From a bacterium (GTDB taxonomy: Bacteria > UBA8248 > JACPRG01 > G963555815), in assembly GCA_965261595.1 (NCBI GenBank), contig CBDHDG010000006.1, positions 1,696,001 through 1,760,000 on the forward strand: a DNA stretch of 64,000 nt. Reading direction: 5' to 3'. A program made the position numbers and the translations under genes. This document shows, in pieces, positions 50,807-60,758 of the stretch. Under the pieces are notes generated by a model. That model searched no databases. It worked only from the letters and a program-made list of their open reading frames with translations, and had not been told where the DNA came from. Positions within the stretch are counted from its first letter, which is position 1. Each line of letters starts with the position of its first letter.

Positions 50807-51055
50807 CGAGCCGTCGCCGTCCCCAACTTGCGGCAGAGCGTCTCCAGGCCCACTCCCCGTAAAAGACGCAGGACCGCCTCCCGCTTGCGCTTGGAGAAGA
50901 ATCAACCCCGCTCCGTACGATGCCCTGGGGCTTTCCGCTCGCACTACGGGCCCCCTCCGCCAAAGCCCTTCCTGTATGCGTTCGTTCATCGGAACGCTCC
51001 TTTCTCCATGCATCATGGATCAATCGAGTGTCCAACGAAACGCTAGGGCGGGGGA
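50807..51055 (-). mobile_element. Degenerate remnant (left end plus orfA 5' part) of the same IS3-like family
   Basis: Clear nucleotide similarity to about 48680-48934, with indels. Confidence 0.85.
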
Positions 51056-51140
51056 TGATGATCAAACGGATAATGAACATTTTTCAAGCTTCATCATTTA
51101 ATTTTTTGCGGCTGAAAAGCAGAGGAAAATGCCGCTCAAG

Positions 51141-51543
51141 GGTAATGTCACGAGTTTTGTGTAGAAGTGCAGAGAGGGTTTGTCTCCCACTAGGTGTTAA
51201 TGCGGTGGAACACGCTGTAGGCGACGCGTTCCAGGGACTCGTTGTTGTTCATGACGGTCATGGGTCTGGTTCTTCGTCTCACCTCCCGAAAGACCCGCTC
51301 AATGGGGTTTATCGTGCGTAGGGTGACCCGAAGGGCGGGGGGCTCTTGGAAGTGGGCCAACAACGTCTCGAGGTCGCTCTCGATGCACGCCACCGCCTTG
51401 GGCTCCCGCCCTCGCCACTGCTTGGCCCATCGCCAAAAGGCGGCGATGGCCGCCCGGCGGCTGTGGGCCTCGTAGATCCTTTGTGCGCCCGAGACCACCG
51501 CCTCCTGGTTGCGCTTTCGGACCTTCTTCACGACGTTTTGCAT
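51141..51543 (-). mobile_element. IS256 family remnant: transposase C-terminus and terminal repeat
   Basis: LRTINPIERVFREVRRRTR motif; GGTAATGTCACGAGTTTTGTGTAGAA at 51141 resembles IS256-type ends. Confidence 0.8.
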
Positions 51544-51827
51544 CTTGATTCATCCGTAAAGCCGTTCTTTCCAGCCGTGAGATCCTATTATCCTATTGAT
51601 ATTATTGAGAATATACATGATTTCCAATCTCATTCGGAACCTGCCTTCTGCAGTCCGTAATCAAAATGAAAGCGGATTCGTTAAAACTCCTGCGCATCTC
51701 GGCGAGTCCCTGTCGGTAACCGTTCGGACGGGCCGTGATGGGCACAGCGTTGGAAGCATCGTCTACATTGGATGGAATCTTCCCAAGACACTGGTAACGC
51801 GATTCGGCATGTGGTATTCATGTCGAC

Positions 51828-53547
51828 ATGACGATTCGCGCAGAAGTTGCTCAAGCGGAACTTTCGTTGGTCGAGAGGCCAGATGTCCGATGGCCTCTTC
51901 CCCCCGAGACGTCCTCATGCAGGGCGCCGGACTGGCGTTCGCTGTTCAAGCGCGAGCGGGCGCGGGCGGAGGCGGCGGAGGCGCGCTGCGAGGAGTTGCG
52001 GTGGGCGGAGGTGGATTCCCGCGGCCGGGCGGGTTCGCTGAAGTGGCAACTCGACACCTGCCGGAGGAAGCTGGAAGCGGCCGTCGAGGAGACGAAGGAA
52101 GTCCGCCGCGCGGCGAGAGACGCCCTATCGTTGAAGGCGGAAGTGGCGCGTCTGGAGAAGCTCCTGTCGGAAGCCAGGGTCAAGTCGGCCGGGGGCCGCT
52201 CGGGCGCGTCGCCGTCGGGGGAGGCCGCCCGGCTGCGCAAGGAGGCGGTCCGGCTGACCATGGAAGTCGCCCGGCTGGAGGACCGGCTGGCCCGGGAGGC
52301 GCAGGCGTCGGAGACCAGACAAGGAGACCATCAGGTGGCAGGGCCGCGAGGTCATTGGGCTCCATGCGGAGTTGGGGCGATTGCGCGACCAGGCGGAGGC
52401 GGTCAAGTCGTTGTCCGGGGAGGTCTACCGTCTGGGGGTCGCCCTGGAAGTCGCCGGGGCCGCGAAGGAGCGGCTGAAGGCCCGGCTTTTGCGCGCGAGC
52501 GAGGCGGCGCGGTCGAGGTCGCCGTCGCGTGAGGACGCTGAACTGCGCAAGGCCCTGGGGAGGTCGCGCCGCCAGAAGACGGGCTCAGGTCCCTATCCAG
52601 GGAGAACGCCCGGCTGCGCAAAGCCGTGAATGCATCGCAGAGCCGGAACGAGACGCTGGAAGCGCAGCTTGCGAAGCTTCGTGCGAGCGGGGCGGTGCTG
52701 TCGAAGGCGCTGTTCGGGCGCAGGAGCGAACAGCAGGAGCGAACAGCAGGAGAGGCCGCGCTCTGAGCGCCGGCGCGGCCGGCAGCCCGGAGCCGCCGGG
52801 CATGGCCGCACCCTGCGGCCCGCGCTCGAGGAGAGGACGGAAGAGCGCAATCCGCCGGCCGAGGCATGCGTCTGTGGCCGATGCGGGAAGCCCTACGTGG
52901 CCAACGGCGCCGAGGTCTCCACCATCGTCGAGATCGAAGTCTCGGCTCACAAACGCGTCATCCGCCGTCCGCGATGGCGCCGGAGGTGCGACTGCGCGTC
53001 CTCACCCACCGAAGTGTCGGCGCCCCCGGCGCCGCGCCTGTTCGCAGGCACGCCCTGCGGGACCAGCGTGTGGGCGCGGTTCCGGTTCGAGCGCTATGCC
53101 TGCTTCCGTCCCCTGCGCCGGGTCGCCTCGTGGCTGTCCGGCCAGGGGCTTCCTATCTCGCCGGGGACGCTGGGCGACAGCGCGCGCCGCTGTTCGAGCC
53201 GGTGGCTGCCGCGATCCTCGCCCGCCAGAACGAGGCGGCGGTGCGCCATGGTGATGAGACTACCTGGCGCGTGCAGTCGCTTCGCGAGGAGAGCCGCTCG
53301 AGCCGGGCTTGGCTGTGGACCTCGGTCAGCGAGGACGCGGTCTACTTCCACGTTGACCCCTCGCGCGGTGCGGAGGTCGCGAGGAAGCTGTTCGGAACGG
53401 CCGGCCTCCATCGACCCTCTCCGCTGGCTGGAGGCATGGCTGGCGGCATGTGCGGAGAGAGGCGGCCGGGCGCCTGAGGACCTCTCGCCGTGGCTGCCCT
53501 GGTCGATGGGCGCGGAGCGCAGGCGCGCCCTCATGGTGCCGGGATGA
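51828..53547 (+). pseudogene. IS66-type transposase, frameshifted and internally deleted
   Basis: Long coiled coil, LFGRRSEQ, GAAGHGR, CGRCG Zn ribbon, HGDETTWRV and WLWT, then an abrupt jump to the C-terminal IDPLRWL...PWLPW segment. Confidence 0.82.
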
Positions 53548-53551
53548 CGTC

Positions 53552-54424
53552 ATGATCGAGTGCCGCTATTACGGACGCGACTTCACCACCGAAGAGATGA
53601 CGCTCCTGCGCGCGCTGATCGCCGGTCCTCCGGCGCTAAACCGCCACGCGCTCTCGAAGGAGTTCTGCCGGCGCATCGGCTGGCGCAAGCCCGACGGCGG
53701 GCTCAAGGACATGATGGCCAGGGTGACCATGCTGGCCATGCACAAAGACGGCCTGATCGCTCTGCCGCCGCCGAAGTGGCGGCAGAACCGGCCCGGGCTG
53801 ATCGTCTTCGGTCCGGAGACCGAACCACCGCCGGTCCCGGCGCCGGCCACCCTGGAGGAGGTCCGCCCGCTCGACATGCGGATCGTCGTGCGCGGCACCG
53901 CCGGGGGCAAACGGTGGAATGAGTTCGTCGCCCGTTACCACTATCTCGGCTACAGGACCCTCGTCGGCGCCCAGATGCGCTACGCCGTCCACGACCGCAA
54001 CGGTTGCCCCATCGCCATGCTCGGCTTCTCTACCGCCGCGTGGAAGCTGGCCTCTCGAGACCGCTTCATCGGTTGGACGCCCGGGCTGCGCGAAAAGAAC
54101 CTCCCCCTCGTGGTCGACAACCCGAGGTTCCTCATCCTGCCCTGGATCAAAATCTCCAACCTCGGTTCGCACATCCTCGCCATCGTCCGCCGTCGCCTGC
54201 CCCAGGACTGGGCCGAGCGCTACAACACCACCCCCGTGCTCATCGAAACCTTCGTCGAGACCCCCCGCTACACCGGCGCCGTCTACAGGGCATCGGGATG
54301 GACCCACGTCGGAACCACCCAGGGACGCGGACGCTACGACAGGTACACGAGACGCGCCCAACCGAAAAAGGATATCTGGCTCCGCCCCCTCAGAAAAAAT
54401 TGGAAACGAACCCTCAACAGCTAA
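53552..54424 (+). CDS. DUF4338 (DruA-like domain) protein
   Basis: WNEFVARYHYLGY, GAQMRY, RDRFIGW, NPRFLILPW, LIETFVE, YRASGWTHVGTTQGRGR. Confidence 0.85.
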   Translation: MIECRYYGRDFTTEEMTLLRALIAGPPALNRHALSKEFCRRIGWRKPDGGLKDMMARVTMLAMHKDGLIALPPPKWRQNRPGLIVFGPETEPPPVPAPATLEEVRPLDMRIVVRGTAGGKRWNEFVARYHYLGYRTLVGAQMRYAVHDRNGCPIAMLGFSTAAWKLASRDRFIGWTPGLREKNLPLVVDNPRFLILPWIKISNLGSHILAIVRRRLPQDWAERYNTTPVLIETFVETPRYTGAVYRASGWTHVGTTQGRGRYDRYTRRAQPKKDIWLRPLRKNWKRTLNS

Positions 54425-54653
54425 ATTAACCCCCCATCACGGCCCGTCCGAACGGTTACCTTGTCGGACCGTCCTCCAAAGTCGGGCTCGCAACCAGCTT
54501 GCTTGCCGTTATGCTCCGGCGCTGCGCAACGTTCATTCAAGAACCACCGATCCGTGCTCCATGACGGTGCTCGATTCGCGCCCGCGGCGCAGGTGACCAA
54601 AGACAGTTCTTGCATCCGTATACCCTGCCATCTCGTTTTTTGAATGCGGGTGG

Positions 54654-55457
54654 TTAGATGCGCGGCGGCATCGTCGCTCCGTCCAGACGGCGGTGGATCA
54701 GCGAAGCAAGCGACAGAAGGTCTTCCGCGTCGGCCTTGTCCATTTTCCAATGTACGCGGGGCTCATGCGCGGTCGGATTACGGAACATTCCGAAAGTGCC
54801 CTTTACCAAGTTCAAGAAACCCCGCTGCTCGCTCTTCTGACTTTCCGTCTGCAATGGATTGATTGCAAGCATGGGTGGATCACCCGAAAGAGCGCGATCT
54901 GCCAAGACCGATCCGTCATCAGTCAACCCAGTGCGACTACGGAGCTTGTCGGCAATGCTCTTAGTTGCTTCCAGCACTGCATGAAAATAGTTGTCCGCGA
55001 CAAACTCGGCCTTGCAGAATTTCAGCCCTTCGGGATGGATGCCGCGGATTTGCAGGTCCGCCCGAAGTTCACGCGCGCTACGCTCGGCCTCACTTAGTGT
55101 CGTGGCCTTTCCCGCGGCTACAAGCTTTCCTGTCTCAAGAACAGCCAACCCGGCAAACGCGAGCGCCCGGTTCAAATTTTGACGTAGCGGCTCGAATCGA
55201 TCCGGGGCTCGCAGATATCGGTCCGGCTTCAGGGAATGCCTTATAAATTCGAGGATCCTCCGCCTGTCCTGAGTCTTGTACTGGTGCGCCGCAAAAGCAT
55301 TGAACAGACGTTTCCACTTCGTCATTGCGGGATCCGTATCTTCAATTCCGCAAACACCAAGCAAGTGGCCGATCTCCGAGCCTGTAAGACCTTCGCTGGT
55401 ATCCCCGAGCGCTTGCGCGATTGCCTCCAATTGCCCTTGGGTAAAGGTTTTAATCAT
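54654..55457 (-). CDS. TIGR02391-like protein
   Basis: YFHAVLEATKS...TGLTDDGSVL, SEQRGF, GMFRNPTAH. Confidence 0.8.
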   Translation of the reverse strand: MIKTFTQGQLEAIAQALGDTSEGLTGSEIGHLLGVCGIEDTDPAMTKWKRLFNAFAAHQYKTQDRRRILEFIRHSLKPDRYLRAPDRFEPLRQNLNRALAFAGLAVLETGKLVAAGKATTLSEAERSARELRADLQIRGIHPEGLKFCKAEFVADNYFHAVLEATKSIADKLRSRTGLTDDGSVLADRALSGDPPMLAINPLQTESQKSEQRGFLNLVKGTFGMFRNPTAHEPRVHWKMDKADAEDLLSLASLIHRRLDGATMPPRI

Positions 55458-55864
55458 TCAACATGGCCCAGCATTACATTGATGGTCGTCGACTTGATGT
55501 AGCGGGCTGGGTCTTCGCCGCCCGGTATGACAGCGAAATGCTTCTCACCGCTTTTTTGGCACTGCGTCAACATGAAAATTTCCTGTAATGATACATAATT
55601 GGTGCGCCTTGCCCGTTTAGATACATTAGGCTATTTCCATCAGCCCTGAAATCCCGTTATCCCACGGATATCATCGGTGAAAATTCATTATTTCATGTTC
55701 CGCTCGGGATTCGCCTTCCGTGGTATTTAATCAAAACGAAAGCGGGCGAATTATAACTCCCAAGCATCTCAGCGCGTCCGCGTCAGACTGTTGTGTGACT
55801 TTCCTTCACAATCCAGCTTCCAACAGCCTGCCTGAGCACATGCTCAGGCACCCCATATTTGACC

Positions 55865-58800
55865 TTAATTCATCTCCTCCCGGGTAGACGTTGTTTCCCC
55901 TGTCTCAGTGAAGACGACTCGAGTTTTTTTGTTTGAGTGAATTTGTGGTTCTGCAGCCAACTTAGCGCGCAGCCTCTCTATGGGTCCACCTTGGACGCAT
56001 AGTTCAGGCGAAAGGCCGAGTACATCCACAATCAGCCTCCGATCGAGCTCGGCTCGTGCAGGGTCCTCATTGATTTGGTCAAACGGTAGAAATCGCTCTT
56101 CGGACATTTCTTCGAAGGCCAATCTTGCTGCCGTATGCTGATTAGCAGTTAATTCTCTTGAATCGAGCGTTGTGAACGTTGGGATACTAGTTACGGTAGA
56201 AGTGCCCCGACCAGCCTGTGATTTGTTGGACATCCACCAATGGCAAAGCAAACCGAATGTGGAGTTGCTCCAAATGGCAAATGTGAATTCGTGGACAGAA
56301 TTATTAAATAACACTGTCGGCCAAGCCCGTCCACCAATCGAGGTCTGCTCAGTCATCGCCACTATCAAGGACTGAGAGTTGAATTGCAGATCCAAATTGT
56401 AGTGCGCGCGCGCCGCAACGCTCCATCGATCGTGCGCTTTTGACACAAGCTCTTTGGGAACTGTGCCATTTATTTCTCGAATTTTACAATGCGAGTCAGG
56501 CTTGACGATGAGTTGTCGTTCGCGCTTTGCGTTGTGTTTCCACAGACATGGATAAGCGGCGCCTTGTGGAGCCCCTGGTAGGTGTTCGAATGGCCCTTGT
56601 GGGAGACCATCAGCTTTTATTTTAGCGCCAGCAATATCTAGATGGTGTGGGCCAACCCTTCGGATAACATCTGCCATTGGCGCGACCGAAATATCAACAA
56701 TGGCATCTGCGGACATCCCCTCGACCCACAAGCGACCGCTAGTCATTTGGTAAGCAGTTTGCCCCAGTGTGATGTCACGTATACCGACCATCTGCCACGC
56801 GCCTTCCGATGGCAGAGGACAGTCAAGAATTTCTCCCTGATAACTGTCACCAAGTTGAATTCTAGTTCCACCAAATGGACCGTCCTCTAAACGTCGCACA
56901 CTTCCCTTGTCCAATACCCTAGAAATTGCGTGGGCGAGCTGTTCGCCTTCCAGCGTATTTTGCGGCTGTACGTTAAGTACTACAAACATGGCGCGAATTT
57001 CGTCCGTATCGGTAGGTTGTTCTTTCCGCCCAACAAAAAGGCATTCAGCTATTCCGGTATCCGCTGAAAAAGATCTCGAATGCGAGCCCCGTCCGGCGAT
57101 AGACACGATAAGCGGGCAAGCATACTCGTTACGTAACAGCGTACGGATCCCCTCCCAAGACATACCGCTCATTGAAGATAGGGGGAGGACCAACGCGAGT
57201 GTTCCCGATGGAGTCGTCTTGCGATGCGCTAGGTCTACAAAATATGAGGCTAACCCTGCGTGTCCATGACCATGACTACCAACACTTAGGTGACGCAAAT
57301 GCTTCGACAACTGGTCTTGTTCTTGCTCGCTTGCACCGAACGCCGCAAACGCCGGATTGTGTACTTCAGTACGGTCACCTTCGCGAGCTCCATGTCTAGT
57401 AAACGGCGGATTCATAATGACCAAGCCAAATTGCTCGTGCCCAACTTGTTGAACCAGATTTTGTATTTCCTTTGCTCCACGTCCTCCCGCGGATTCCGCC
57501 GCAGCCTGGATGATTTCGAACGAAGTTTGCTCTGACAAAAGGTCAAGTGATCCCAAGCAGACGCCCCACGGATACGACCCATAAGGCATTGTTAGAAGGC
57601 ACTCGCCTTCGAATGGCGTATCCGGATGGGATCCTGCAAGCATCGCGGCGGTAAGGTGCACCGCCACTGTCAACACGTCCAATCCGACCAAGCCGCGTTC
57701 CATCATTATTGGGTGAAGCGCCTTAGGATCACCGCCATGAATTTCGTGTAGAAGTCCGATTCGTTGATAGGCCGTCGACAACAAAGTACCAGTGCCACAC
57801 GCAAAATCACCAATACGAATAGTTGAAAGTGCCGCAGCATCAGCCCAATCATTGCCCACAATGGGGGCTTGAATCGGCATTGCAAGACCTGCGAGTAATG
57901 CCGCTCCCGACGGACGTGTATAATAGGTGGCCAAGAACTTTCGGTCGGCAATTAATCGTTGAAAAACTACACCGGTCAAATCATGAGACTTGGTCACCCC
58001 GCCAACAATGAGTTCTTCTGCTGTCTCCCACAAAATATCAAGAATTGATGCTGCAAGTTGTGTTGGCAAAATTCGGACTATCTCCCCAGCTGCGTGAAAG
58101 ATCGGCCAGTAGTTCACTTCTAAGATTAGATCCCACTCATCCGTTAACTGCGTTGGTCGAAAGGTTCCTCTTGACCGAAACTCGGCAGGCGATTTCACGG
58201 TCCTCAATGGACATGTGGGGACTTCCATTTCCGCTTTTGCCAATGCCGCGTGGAAAACGAGTGCATCTACAACGATCGTCATAGCCATGCGCCGCGTCTG
58301 TCCTTCCTCGTCGTCAGATTGTCGAAGAAGTTCGGCTACTCGTTTTCCGAGCGTCGACCCATGCTCGTGCGTTGCAGACAAAGTGCCGTTTGCTTTAATA
58401 ACGCCCCCCTCCAGTGCGCTGGCAAGCGCATCAACCCGCCAAGCGGCAATACTTGAACGGTAAAGTAGAACGATTAACTCGGAAACTTCGCTGGATATCC
58501 AACCGGCTTCAGGGAACCGTGATGTCGACCCGTCAGCCTCTTCGGTAAAAAGTACGTAATCAAGTGAACACACCCTCAACGCGTCACGCAAAGCGGCTCC
58601 TTGATAGCGCCGTAGCTCCTCAGGATAGACCAATGCCACTGCCGCATGGATCGTTGAGCCGGTAGAAACCAACCGATTTCCAAGCCTCGATTGGGCTTCG
58701 GTCTCAGCCTGTCTATGGTTGCCTACTTCTGCTTCCAGAACGATTGGCCAACCACCAGGTTTCTCGACCAATATGTCCGGTTGTCCTCCCTCCTCAAATA

Positions 58801-58903
58801 TCCTTCCGACCTGTTCGGCACGTACACGCCATCCTCGTCCGAAGTCTTGGAGTACCTCGCCGAGTGAAGTATTGATAGTTTGCTCATGGGTTTGTGTCGG
58901 CAT
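55865..58903 (-). CDS. Type IIG-like fused restriction endonuclease / N6-adenine methyltransferase
   Basis: YYTR, DFACGTGTLL (motif I), MNPPF (motif IV), N-terminal PDILV...LEAE nuclease-like motif, C-terminal TRD-like region; visibly lower GC. Confidence 0.8.
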   Translation of the reverse strand: MPTQTHEQTINTSLGEVLQDFGRGWRVRAEQVGRIFEEGGQPDILVEKPGGWPIVLEAEVGNHRQAETEAQSRLGNRLVSTGSTIHAAVALVYPEELRRYQGAALRDALRVCSLDYVLFTEEADGSTSRFPEAGWISSEVSELIVLLYRSSIAAWRVDALASALEGGVIKANGTLSATHEHGSTLGKRVAELLRQSDDEEGQTRRMAMTIVVDALVFHAALAKAEMEVPTCPLRTVKSPAEFRSRGTFRPTQLTDEWDLILEVNYWPIFHAAGEIVRILPTQLAASILDILWETAEELIVGGVTKSHDLTGVVFQRLIADRKFLATYYTRPSGAALLAGLAMPIQAPIVGNDWADAAALSTIRIGDFACGTGTLLSTAYQRIGLLHEIHGGDPKALHPIMMERGLVGLDVLTVAVHLTAAMLAGSHPDTPFEGECLLTMPYGSYPWGVCLGSLDLLSEQTSFEIIQAAAESAGGRGAKEIQNLVQQVGHEQFGLVIMNPPFTRHGAREGDRTEVHNPAFAAFGASEQEQDQLSKHLRHLSVGSHGHGHAGLASYFVDLAHRKTTPSGTLALVLPLSSMSGMSWEGIRTLLRNEYACPLIVSIAGRGSHSRSFSADTGIAECLFVGRKEQPTDTDEIRAMFVVLNVQPQNTLEGEQLAHAISRVLDKGSVRRLEDGPFGGTRIQLGDSYQGEILDCPLPSEGAWQMVGIRDITLGQTAYQMTSGRLWVEGMSADAIVDISVAPMADVIRRVGPHHLDIAGAKIKADGLPQGPFEHLPGAPQGAAYPCLWKHNAKRERQLIVKPDSHCKIREINGTVPKELVSKAHDRWSVAARAHYNLDLQFNSQSLIVAMTEQTSIGGRAWPTVLFNNSVHEFTFAIWSNSTFGLLCHWWMSNKSQAGRGTSTVTSIPTFTTLDSRELTANQHTAARLAFEEMSEERFLPFDQINEDPARAELDRRLIVDVLGLSPELCVQGGPIERLRAKLAAEPQIHSNKKTRVVFTETGETTSTREEMN

Positions 58904-58980
58904 ATCCTGTTTGCTCCTGCGGAGAGCGTTTTAGTCCAAGAAAGCTAGCAAAAAGCAAATTGTTCCTTCTGACCTGCCCC

Positions 58981-59872
58981 CTAAAGTTGTACCACTTTTT
59001 GAGTTAGTCTCTGCTCCCCGATGTCCAAAAGTTCAGGGATGCCTGGAGGCAGTGGTTCGATGGCCTCCGGCGCCGGAGGCCGGTACCCCAAGGCACTATG
59101 GGGCCTTACCCGGTTGTAGAGCTGTCGCCATCTCTCCACCAACACCTTGACCTCTGTCAGGGTGTAGAAGATCTCCCCGTTGAGCAGCTCATCGCGCAGT
59201 TTGTCGATGAAGGACTCCACATAGCCGTTCTCCCATGGACTGCCCCGCTCGATATAAAGCGTTCTCACCCCAAGACGGGTGAGCCACCCTCCAACCGCAT
59301 TCGCCGTGAACTCCGCCCCGTTGTCTGAGCGGATATAGGTCGGCAGGCCACGCCGGACGAACAACTCGGTGAGGCGGTCCAGGACGTCCTCAGAGTCTTC
59401 TCTCTACATCGAGGGCCAGACACTCCCGAGTAAACTCATCCATCACAGCCAGCATCCGTAAAGGCCGCCCATCGTGCGTCCTCGCAGCCAGGAAGTCGTA
59501 GGACCTCACATGATTCTGATAAGACGGACGCTTGCGAACACAAGAGCCGTCGTTCAGCCATAAACGCCCTCGCTTGGGCTGTCTCTTCGGCACCTTCAGA
59601 CCTTCCTGGCGCCAGATCCGTTCCACCCGCTTGTGATTCACTCGCCAGCCTTCCCTTTGCAACAGAGCCGTTATCCTCCGGTAGCCGTACCGTCCGTACT
59701 CGCTCGCCAGCTCCGTCACCCGCGCCACCAAACGGGGCTCATCGTCCCGGACCTGGGCAGAGCGCCTCTGAGTCGAGCGGGCCTGCCCCAGCACCCGACA
59801 TACACGGCGCTCTGAGACCTCTCGCCGCCCCTGAACGGATTCCACCGCCCGTCGCCGCCTCGACGGGCTCAG
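58981..59872 (-). pseudogene. IS3 family transposase OrfB, split by a small deletion near 59390
   Basis: ORFs 59390-59845 and 58981-59364 are consecutive parts of one rve transposase. Confidence 0.82.
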
Positions 59873-60150
59873 AAGTTTCCCGAGGCCGCCTCCTTCAGGA
59901 TGGCGTTATCCAGGGCCTGCTCGGCCACCAGCTTCTTCAACCGGGCGTTCTCCTTCTCCAACTCCTTCAGCCGCTTGGCTTGGTTCACACGAAGACCGCC
60001 GTATTCCCGGCGCCACCGGTAATAGGTCTGCTCGGAGATCCCCAGCGTCTTGCAGACCTGAGCCATCCTCTGCCCATTGGCCAACTCCACCTCGGCCTGG
60101 CGAAGCTTGTGGATGATCTGCTCGGGTGTGAAACGCTTCCGACTCATCAC
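59869..60150 (-). CDS. IS3 family transposase OrfA
   Basis: GISEQTYYRWRREYGG HTH and LKELEKENARLKKLVAE zipper. Confidence 0.9.
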   Translation of the reverse strand: MMSRKRFTPEQIIHKLRQAEVELANGQRMAQVCKTLGISEQTYYRWRREYGGLRVNQAKRLKELEKENARLKKLVAEQALDNAILKEAASGNF

Positions 60151-60234
60151 TGCCCCCTTTCTAGGTCAATCCAGTCCGAAAGCCGTGCGAAAATTCTAAC
60201 TCTCAAACTGGACCGGTTTCAGGGGGTCAGGTCA

Positions 60235-60758
60235 GTCCGATTACAAAGCACACGGGCGTCGGCTCAGTACATTCTTCAATCCCACTGGCGATGCCGTCGT
60301 ATTGTTAGGCGAACCCGCAGGTCGGGCTTTAACCTTACGTGACCTAGAAGCTCAATATCTCGGTCTTGTCTTGCGAACTGAAAGGCTTGCCGATCATCTT
60401 GGGAAGCTCGCTGAGACAATCGCCTATACCGGGGCTTGCCGTGCTATTACAAACCGGATTCCACAGTCTCATGTGTCCATACTAGCTGGTCTTGCCGCCA
60501 CTGGGGTAAGCAACGCCGCAGACGGAATGGAGGCAGTCATCTTGGTTTGGACGCTTTCCTCAAACAAAGAAGTCGTCTTGGATACTGTTCCGGCAGAACA
60601 AGTATCGCGCTATCGGGCACATGAATGGCAGATTATATTCGATGAGGGACTTGTCAAACGCATTCGTGCGATGCGTGATGCGCGACTGCCATTTGAGACC
60701 GGCGGCATCATCTTTGGCCTTGTGGATATCCCGGCTAAGTCCATCCATTTAGTCGATG
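60235..60758 (+). pseudogene. Internal fragment of a ThiF(E1)-JAB fusion protein, cut by an IS at both ends
   Basis: Open frame 60236-60758: RRLSTFFNPTG...LEAQY...GACR...LPFETGGIIFG...IHLVD. ETGG.I.G is the JAB N-terminal motif. Confidence 0.65.

Larger units (their letters stand above)
51716..54459 (+). mobile_element. IS66-like element with perfect 27-bp TIRs carrying a DUF4338 gene
   Basis: GTAACCGTTCGGACGGGCCGTGATGGG at both ends (inverted); flanks CCTGTCG / CTTGTCG. Confidence 0.9.
58970..60234 (-). mobile_element. IS3 family element with damaged orfB
   Basis: IRs TGACCTGCCCCCT / TGACCTGACCCCCT; orfA MSRKRFTPEQII...AASGNF ending in a GGGAAAC slippery site; orfB YGYRR, SDNGAEF, PWENGYVES. 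Confidence 0.9.

Noticed and set aside
54520..54660. Integron attC after the TIGR02391-like gene (ATCTAAC...CATTCAA...TTGAATG...GTT on the minus strand)
   Set aside because: Box spacing is off, the R' box is poor, and there is no second site or integrase.
55829..55850. Perfect palindrome TGCCTGAGCA-CA-TGCTCAGGCA after the RM gene
   Set aside because: Single occurrence and no U tract; cannot distinguish a terminator from an operator.
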